The notes beneath the pieces are model-generated. The model saw only the letters and a program-made list of their open reading frames with translations. It searched no databases and was not told the origin of the DNA. This document shows, piece by piece, positions 55,444-64,000 of a stretch of DNA of 64,000 nucleotides (within the stretch, counting starts at the first letter, position 1; every line of letters starts with the position of its first letter). The stretch is from Schmidtea polychroa. Lineage: Eukaryota. The stretch spans positions 234,672,001 through 234,736,000 of the forward strand of contig CM097885.1 in assembly GCA_044892525.1 (NCBI GenBank). The letters are read 5' to 3'. A program made the position numbers and the translations under genes.

Positions 55444-56150
55444 CCCTTTTTAAAAGGTTTGATCCATTTCACATTTCTAATTTTCCATTTTCCATTCTGA
55501 AATTCGATCATGAAACTTCTGTCATGCAACTTCTTTATTAATTTACCTTTATCTATCTTCATTTTTTCCCACGTGTTTTTTACCAATACGACATTGAAAA
55601 TTCGAATTACTCTTTCTTCATTGAAATATAAATCATCTTCCTTATTTCCTTGTAGTCGTGTCTCTAACTCTAATCTTTCTGATTTACACTTTATCCCATA
55701 AACAATTTGTGCAGGACTCAACTGAATAGTTTTTTTTAATTGTCGCATTCAACATAAATTCAACTTCAGGAAGTATTTTGACCCAGTTTTTGCCCATTCT
55801 TTCTTTTTAAGAAAGTTAGATGGCATCTCTAATAGTTTTGTCCATTAGCTGAATGATGATACGGACTTGAATATATTAGATTAATACCATGTTTTTCTGC
55901 AAATGCTTTTAATAAAGATGACTCAAATGCTTTTCCTCTATCACAATGAATACTCCTTGGAGCACCAAATTTCAAAATGCATTTTTGGTTAATAATTGTT
56001 GCAACTGCCTTTTCATCTTGTTCAGAAGCTGTACATAAAGAAATATATTTCTAAATTGGTCTATAATTGCCAAAATATACTTCTTTTCACTCCTAGCAGT
56101 TTTCATTGGGCACAAAAGTCAATGAAAATTGATTTGAATAAATAAACTTC
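55444..56150 (-). pseudogene. Gypsy-3 integrase remnant
   Basis: Broken FGAPRSIHCDRGKAFES, SSPYHHSANG and KLHDRSF..RNVKWIKPFKKG motifs. Confidence 0.85.
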
Positions 56151-56169
56151 TGTAGGTTTATGCTTTCTA

Positions 56170-56760
56170 ATATGTTTATTTCTTAAGAAGAGAACGATCT
56201 CCTGGATTTAAGGCAGTCAAAGATCGGGTAACGCTTTTACAAGATATAAACGCTTCAGGAAATTTTAAATCGAAACCTTTGTTTCTGTATTACTAGAAAA
56301 ACCATCGGGCAATGAAATAATACTCCAAGCATAATTTACCCGTTATTTAGATGTCTAATCGTAAATCTTGGGGTACGGCTTCTGTTTTTGAGCATTGATT
56401 TGTCAATTATTTCTGCTCAATAGTCAAAGTTGTTTGCGAGAGTAGTAGACTGGAGACCAGATCTTTTTTATTAATTGACAATGCAACAGGACAATCAAAA
56501 CATTTACCATCTATTTCAAAAAGCATAGCTGTGAAAGTTATATTTTTACCTCTTAATACGGTTCAGCTAATGGATCGGGAAGTTATATCAATTTTTAAAG
56601 TGTATTATCTTCGGCGTACATTCAAAGATCTTTTACAAGCAGTCGACGTACAACATAAAACACTTTTAAAATTTTGAAAAATTTCAATCTAATGAATACA
56701 ATTGAAAATATCAGAGACTCAAGTGATTGCATGCGAGGTGTTTGGGGAAAAAATCTTCTT
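56170..56760 (+). pseudogene. Tigger/pogo DDE transposase remnant
   Basis: LIDNATG (56471) and QLMDREVISIFKVYYLRRTF (~56565) resemble Tigger DDE_1 motifs. Many stops. Confidence 0.7.
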
Positions 56761-59570
56761 AAAGAACATTTAATAACCAAATTACCAAAATATCAAAATG
56801 AAATAACAAATGAATTAAAAGAAATTAGAATTATATATTAAAATTCTTAAAACAGAATATTCTTGAAAACGCCCATATCCATTATGGCGACAATTTTAAA
56901 TAAAAATAAATAAAATAAAAATTTAGAAAATAAAATTAATCATAATTTATATAAAATCACAATGAAAATCAATAAAAATTAGAATTCAAAATTAAGTAAA
57001 ATTAAAAGAAGTCAAATTTGTTTTACTGAAACAATGCACTCTCATATACGCGCACACCAAAATCAGACTGTGAACCTAATTTGTGGATCAATTTCTGTAG
57101 ATCAAGCTTAATATCTTAACCCGTTTGTAAGAATTTGATTGATTTGAAGTAAGGATTGTTGTTTATTGTGTTATCATATTATCATTGAATAACGTCACTG
57201 AATAGAGTTTGATTCTAATAAAATGTTTTACTTTTCTTTGAATGAAATTACTTTCAACGATGCATGTTAAAAACCTTTTTCGGCCCACAGCCACTTCGCT
57301 AACTGCAAGACAGTAACTATATATGATATAACGACCTACGGGAAGTGGTAGTTGTACTACTCCATTTATTTTGAGTAGTTTTACTACGCCGTTCATCGGT
57401 AAACTTACTGTGGCCTGTGTGGACGACAACTAGTGACTAGCGTTGCCTACATGCAAGTCCGTGCTATGCTTGAAACATGTAAGTCAAGTAATCGCGGAAT
57501 GCTACGGATGGGGGTAAAATCTATATAGGGAGATTGGGATCAGCGACAAGCTTTTGGTTTGTTCGCCGTTCCAAGGTCTTCAGTGGACTGTGTGTGGCGA
57601 ACAATTTTTCATTTTGTAATTTAACAGGCTAATAGTGCATGTAGACAACAAAATTAACTTTACATCTAATCTACACTCTTTTATGGTATAGGACACTAAG
57701 GCTAGTTCATATAATGTCCAGTAAGCTATGGGTAACGAGCATTTAAACTATTCTAGATTCAAATTCCTAATAGATCACAATAGAAACATCAGAGTGATAC
57801 CAATCATATAAGTTGAAGTCATAGGTCAGATAATCATACTTAAATGAATAAGGGTAAGTACCTGTCAAAACTTTCAAAGGGTCAATTTCAACTTCAAATC
57901 CTGCTTAATTTTTTCAAAAGTGAATTATAACTTTAAATTTAAGTGAATATGCGAATAAAATAAGGACGCATCCCTGCCAAAAATATCTGACGGTCAATTT
58001 ACACTTTGGGTATGGGGAAATAGACATTTGCAATAATGACAAACCCCTGTTTCAATTTTTTAAGATTGAATTTTCATTTTAAATATAAAGAATCAGGCGA
58101 ACAAAATGAAGGAAATTCCCTGATACAATTTTTGAAAGTTAATTTTAATTTTTGTTATAAAGAAATAAACTAATACAGAAGGATGAATTCTGAAATAAAT
58201 TGTAAAGATCACCCAACTTTAATTTTATAAGAAATTCAAACCTAGTCGCCAAGAATTATCGATTATTCTCACCCAAGAGTCACGTCGCTAGTGTAAGACC
58301 ACCAATTACGGCACACTGATTCGCCAGTTAGTAGAGCGATAACTTGACTAACAAGAGCTGAATGATACAACCCAGCGAATAAAAGTCAACGCATGACACA
58401 CAGCAAAAGAGAAGATAATTTAGACATGCCAGCTTGCACGACCACCGAATTCGGCATGCAGACTGTACATACCCATCAACAATATAAAGTAGCAGTATCG
58501 GGAATGACGCCAGGGACACAATGACTTTCATCAAGGTAAATACTCCCAGATTAAATACTCCGATGTTTATAGTGGTACAGTAGTGCACTCATTTTTCATG
58601 AATTTATCCCCCATGCGGCACATTACCAACTTTGAACACTCAATTGATGTTGGATAGTTAAACAAGTAGTTGTATCTTATATTTAGTCGGAAACGACACG
58701 AACGGATAAAATGTGGAATACCTGCGAATTAACTACCTAAAATTTCAAAAGACATCGACAATTTTGCCGAAGTAGGTTCAAAATGTTAAATACTAAGAGA
58801 GAACACTATACCTTGGAAATGGCCTAGAATAAAACTATTAAAACGAAAAATAAAGACTTATCCATGATAAAATTTCAAAAATACAGATATTTACTAACAT
58901 CCAACAATGTAAATTATATAGGATTAATAACAAATAAATAATCTCAGTTATAAATATATAATGATGACAAAGACTTAAAACCTTTTATCGATATTCAGAA
59001 ACTAGTTTGTTGGTTAAAGCAGTGTTTACGAATATAGCGATAAAAAGATATCAAACTGATTTGGTGTTTCCATGTCAAGATTAACTGAGGCCATAGAAAC
59101 AAAACAAATTTTCAACCTGGAACTCCAACACCTTTTACTGACGACCACCTGTTTGTCACAGTACCGGTGTTGATTACCAACAGTTAACACACAATGGAAT
59201 AAACTTTATGTGGTCGCAAAGAGTAACTGTAGGTAAAATTATAGGTCACTCAAATTCAACATATATGCACTAACGCTTGAAAACATATGTGCCAAAAATG
59301 TGTTTTAAATACATAAACAAAATATTTATTGATAATCTGATTCAAAGAAAAAAGTAATATAATTATTTTCTTTGCCAACCATGTTATAATTTCTAAAATA
59401 TGCTATTTATTTCGATACGAAAATGAAATATATTAATCAATTTTTTGTTTCTATAAATAAATATAATTAATTTTTAATTGCATAATTTGAATTAATTTTT
59501 CGAATAGCTTTTCGTTTTCTAAGTAGAACGAAATATTCGCTTTGTTCTCCAGAATTTCTTTATTTTCAAC

Positions 59571-62230
59571 ATGCCATTTTGTACATGTGGTCCTAATGAA
59601 ATTTTGGTTATTTCTGGTATAATCAACTTTATAGTAACATACTTTAAGATGCATCATTAGGTTTAGGTTATAATGAACCATCAATGATTAAAGGCGGAAG
59701 AAAATTTGTATTTCCTCGTTTTCAGAAAATTCAAAAGTTAATTTTCTAGATATTAAGTTGTTATTAATTTTTGTATTGTAGATTAAGCCTTAATTTGATG
59801 ACAATAATAGTTCACAGTCCTATAATATATACTAAACTCGGAATACCTTTGACAGCAACTGGTGTTGCTCAGGTTAGTATAAATAATAAAATATGTTCAA
59901 GAGAATCTATATGGAATTTATTATTTTATTAGTTATACAATTAATAGTTTACTTTTTAATAAAAAGATTTTTTTGCACTAAAATTAATTCATTGAATTTC
60001 ATTAAACGATTTTTGAAATCTTTAATGACATTCTGCATCACTCTAGAGTACTGCTTCCTAATTTATTAGCATTATTTGAACCTTTTAACAGTTAACCCCA
60101 TTTGGAAAGTTTAGTCTGAGTACCTTAATTTCGAAAGTTCAAACTTGATTGTTGAGAAATAGTTTTCAAAATTGATTGATTTATAATGTAACGTTCAATC
60201 ATGTTTATGGCTAAAATTGGTAAAAGTCATTTCAATCTTTCGACTACTGATCTCTCTAGTTTAATACTTACGTGGTCAGTTCTTTCTATGAAGTCTACCA
60301 GAATCACAAATATGTCGTAATCTAGCATTCGGCAACCTAAATACACTGGAGTACCACAAAACATTTAAAAGTACTCACCACTGAAATAAAACTAGAAATC
60401 TATTAAAACAATTTTATTTGGCTATAGCGTACACACTTCATAAAAACATCTACTCAAATGATCTGAAATGGCAGTTTTATATAAATTCTATCGTCAGATT
60501 CCAACCAAACATATTTTTATAATTCACAGAAATGAAATTGTTAAAGTTCTAAAATTTTCATAAATCGTCATTTTCGAAGCATGCCACCAAAAACCCTTCA
60601 AATGCCACTAGGCAGCCGACCACTGGTTTAACCTATCTATCCATGTGACAGATATAATAAATTGTTTGTGTGCAAATTTTTTTGGGTTATGCGATTTAAT
60701 GGAACAAACTCTAATTACTGATATTTATTTCAATATAAAATTTGTTTGTATTTGATACATGAAAGTATGAATACATTTTTTTCAATGTCAGTAAATCCAG
60801 TCAAGTTACTTAATTTAAAAACTAATGTGACTGCGTGTTTCTACGCCACACGACTTAGAGTACACTCAATTCTTTTTTAGTGCGGATTTTATGAAATGAC
60901 GATTGAACATCAATATATTTTCTCTATTTCATCGTCACACTTTTCATTTGAATCGAGTCTTTATCTATTTTATATCGTCTTTTATAATAATTTCAAACTT
61001 ATTCGACATTTTAAAATATCACAATGATAAAAGACAGTACACCTCAGTACACCACTGAAGCAATTACTGCCGGAAATCGTTGAGAGATAATAATCTATGA
61101 GTCCATCTAAGTAGAATTTTCTTTTTTGTCGTTGTGAAAATTGTACATCTCAAGCATTGCTAACTTTTAGTTGTGTCGTATTTATGAGATAGAAGCAACC
61201 ACCAAACCCGTTTATGCATCTGTACTAATCAAAGGTTAAGAACAATTGCTAAAGTTCCTGAACTGGATTTTCATTTGACAAAAGTGTTGATATGTATCTG
61301 GGGGTCTATAACAGAAATTAACCATTATCAGCATTTATATCATGCGAAATAATTGATTTAGAATTATGCTCTAATTCGGTGGTTCTCAATTAATATAAAA
61401 GCGCGGAACACCATTCACATGATTTTTTTTACGCGGAACACTGATAAAAATATACTTGCCCACAATGAGTGACCAATCACAAATTATTATAAATCTGTCG
61501 TAAACGTAAACAATGCCTTCTTATAAGCAAAGAAAATACCACGCGCAACAATAACAAGCAATAAAAACACTCCTATATTTGTATGTTTATATATCTGTGT
61601 AACGGCTTTTTTATTGAATCATCTTATAAAAAAATTAATTGAGGTTTTTGATGATATGTATCTTAAATGCAAATTTAAAGATAAAATGTCATTTTTTCGC
61701 GGAACACGGGTTGAGAACCACTGCTCTAATTCCTTGATATTATCCACTAAAAACTTAGAGAGAACGATAATTATTCAATTGAAAGGTCATATTATTATTG
61801 CATGACAGTATACGACCATGTATATCAAAAACACAATGTAAAAAAATAGTAACATTTTCAGATTAAAGACATTTAAAAAACTTATAAGTAACATTAAGAC
61901 AATCCGAAGAATTTCTTTAAAACTTTAATCTTGTAGGAAATAAAATTTTTAATATGAATTTTTTAGGTGAAAATTATTAGTAACATTGAAGAAAAACTAA
62001 AAACAGCTTGTACTCTTTATCTGGACATGAAACCAGAAAAAATTGCAGATATTGCAAAAGAAACTCTTGAAGGTCATCAAAGAGCAATTATGGGCTTAAT
62101 GACAGTCGAGGAAATTTATCAAGATCGCAAGAAATTTGCAAACGCAGTTTTTGAGGTTGCGTCACGTGATCTATTTCAAATGGGATTGCAAGTAGTCAGT
62201 TATACTATCAAAGAACTCAGTGATGACGAA
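59571..62230 (+). CDS. FLOT1: Host flotillin-1-like gene, first four coding exons (59571-59616, 59661-59736, 59782-59872, 61967-62230); continues past these exons
   Basis: Spliced translation [75 protein letters not shown] introns in compatible phases. Confidence 0.9.
61377..61723. mobile_element. hAT-derived MITE in flotillin intron 3
   Basis: C(G)GTGGTTCTCAA...TTGAGAACCACTG TIR with 8-bp TSD CTCTAATT. Confidence 0.88.
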
Positions 62231-64000
62231 GTAAATATAATGAATTTAATCTTTTATCCCTTTCACAATTTATCGATTATTTTCAATTTCTTTTATCTTC
62301 ATTTCAATATTTTTATTTAGTTTTTCAAGTGAGCTGAAAATTTCTGTTGGATAAATAAAAATATTGATTTATAATATAAAATGAATAAAAAGATTAAATG
62401 AAAAATCTAAATTTTTTTATTATTTTTGTTTATGTTTTATAACTTTTATTATTATAAAATAATTGATATAAAAATATTTTCTAATGTGTTCATGGAAGGT
62501 GTTTGTTTTATTGTCATTACTTATGCAAAACTTTAACTTAGAAAATTGATAAAAATTTTAAATTTTACAAGCGATTTGAAAAGACCTACTGTAAAAAATC
62601 ATTAAAAATATATACGGCAAATAATAATGAATTCGATAGTTTGCTAATAATTATAATATAAATCTTTTTTGCAAGTTTTATTATGTGAAAATTTCGATTA
62701 TAATTCAAAGTTTAATATTTTACTTTAAAATCGACTATTAAAATTTGTGCATTAATTATTACACAAAAAGCAAATGTTTTTGACTTTTAAACTTAATTAT
62801 CTAGTAGAGTATTAAATTCTGACAATAAATTGTTACTTGGAAATATTTTCAGAACCATCAGGGTGTCCAATTGGTTATTTGGCTTGATAACCATATTTTC
62901 TGGGCGGTTAAAAGTTTTCATTAAATGAATATTTATAATAAAAAATAATATTTAAAAGATAAAGGAAAAAATAAAAATTTATAAGAACTTTTAAACAGAA
63001 AATAAAAAATCGCTTCCTTTAAAACAAAAAAATTTTAAATATTAACCAATTCATTTAAACCAAAAACGTTAATTAAAGTATTCCATGGGACATATTACTC
63101 AATATTCAATAATAATTAGTTTTTTTCGATTTACTTCAGAATTTAACAGTAATATTCATTTCTTGCTTTGTCTCTGGATTTGAAATTTTAAATGAAAACC
63201 CGAAATTCAAAATATACTGAAAGTTTTCAATAATTAAATATTTTTTAAAAACATTTTAAATCTCATTCAATATTTTAATTTTCGTTTTTTGACATTGTTC
63301 TACTTTCGAACATCTACAACAAACACACAATGCTAGTCATCTAAAAATTGTAAAGAACTGTAAATTCTCACATTTCATGAAAGAAACGAAATATTCCAAA
63401 AAACAAACACATTGGCGATTTCACTGGTTTTATTCTAAGTATCATTGGTTGATCTTTAAGTCAGCATTTGTTGATTGTTGTAACTGACTACGATTCTTAT
63501 TGATTTATTTTTTCCCTTGGTTGACATTATTAAAGATGTTTTATACCGAAGATTTTCCAATAGAATCCGGGCGTCCTTTAATTCTTGAGTGCGAAATCCT
63601 GAAGGTGCTTCCAATATATTTTTCTTTACTTTTGATCTTTTTATCATTCACAACTTTATTTATTTTCATATAGTTTTCAGCTATAGAGCATGTTTTATAT
63701 TTAACACGTTGATATAAAGTCTAAAACTAATTGAAAATAAATGAAATTATTTATAATAACGTGACAATCTATTTAGAATTTATAATTATAAAAATTAATA
63801 CATAAGCATTTGTTAAAATACATACTTTTTTATATTTATTTCACCTGCTAAATGGAAATACAATGCTAAATCTCAGGGGAAAAGTTAAAATATTATCGCT
63901 TTATGATATCTGAAGGGGAAAAATTTCTACTTCTACAAATGAATTTATAACATAAGCTATTTTTATAGAATGGTTAAAGTTTAAATATATTACTACAATT

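Noticed and set aside
57100..58700. GC-richer stretch with short ORFs (57163, 58328)
   Set aside because: No motifs, termini or splice pattern that I can support; probably decayed repeat.
62859..63425. Possible MITE starting CAGGGTGTCCAA
   Set aside because: No convincing matching TIR or TSD was found.

Overview
AT-rich eukaryotic genomic DNA with abundant (AAT)n microsatellites and ~40-50 nt spliceosomal introns. This is compatible with a planarian-type flatworm genome (inference only). Positions 1-19100 are the right part of a Polinton/Maverick (adintovirus-like) element. It carries an integrase-penton-core-hexon-protease block with overlapping or abutting ORFs, a RING gene and, unusually, two divergent protein-primed PolB genes. 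Several of its genes have host-style introns, including a pure GT(ATT)26TTAG intron in the integrase and five micro-exons that splice onto the second PolB and add SUMO-interacting-like motifs. The element ends at ...CTACT (19100) inside an old hAT transposase. Positions 19.1-57 kb are nested transposons: two intact hATs with 8-bp TSDs, one intact compact Gypsy, a second Gypsy inserted into a third, fragments of a second Polinton on the minus strand, and a 177-bp Polinton-ended mini-element. This region also has two large (5.2 and 3.5 kb) TG..CA solo-LTR-like units that each encode a homologous coiled-coil/basic protein. The first four exons of a host flotillin-1-like gene lie at 59571-62230. 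All calls were made by eye; no searches were run.
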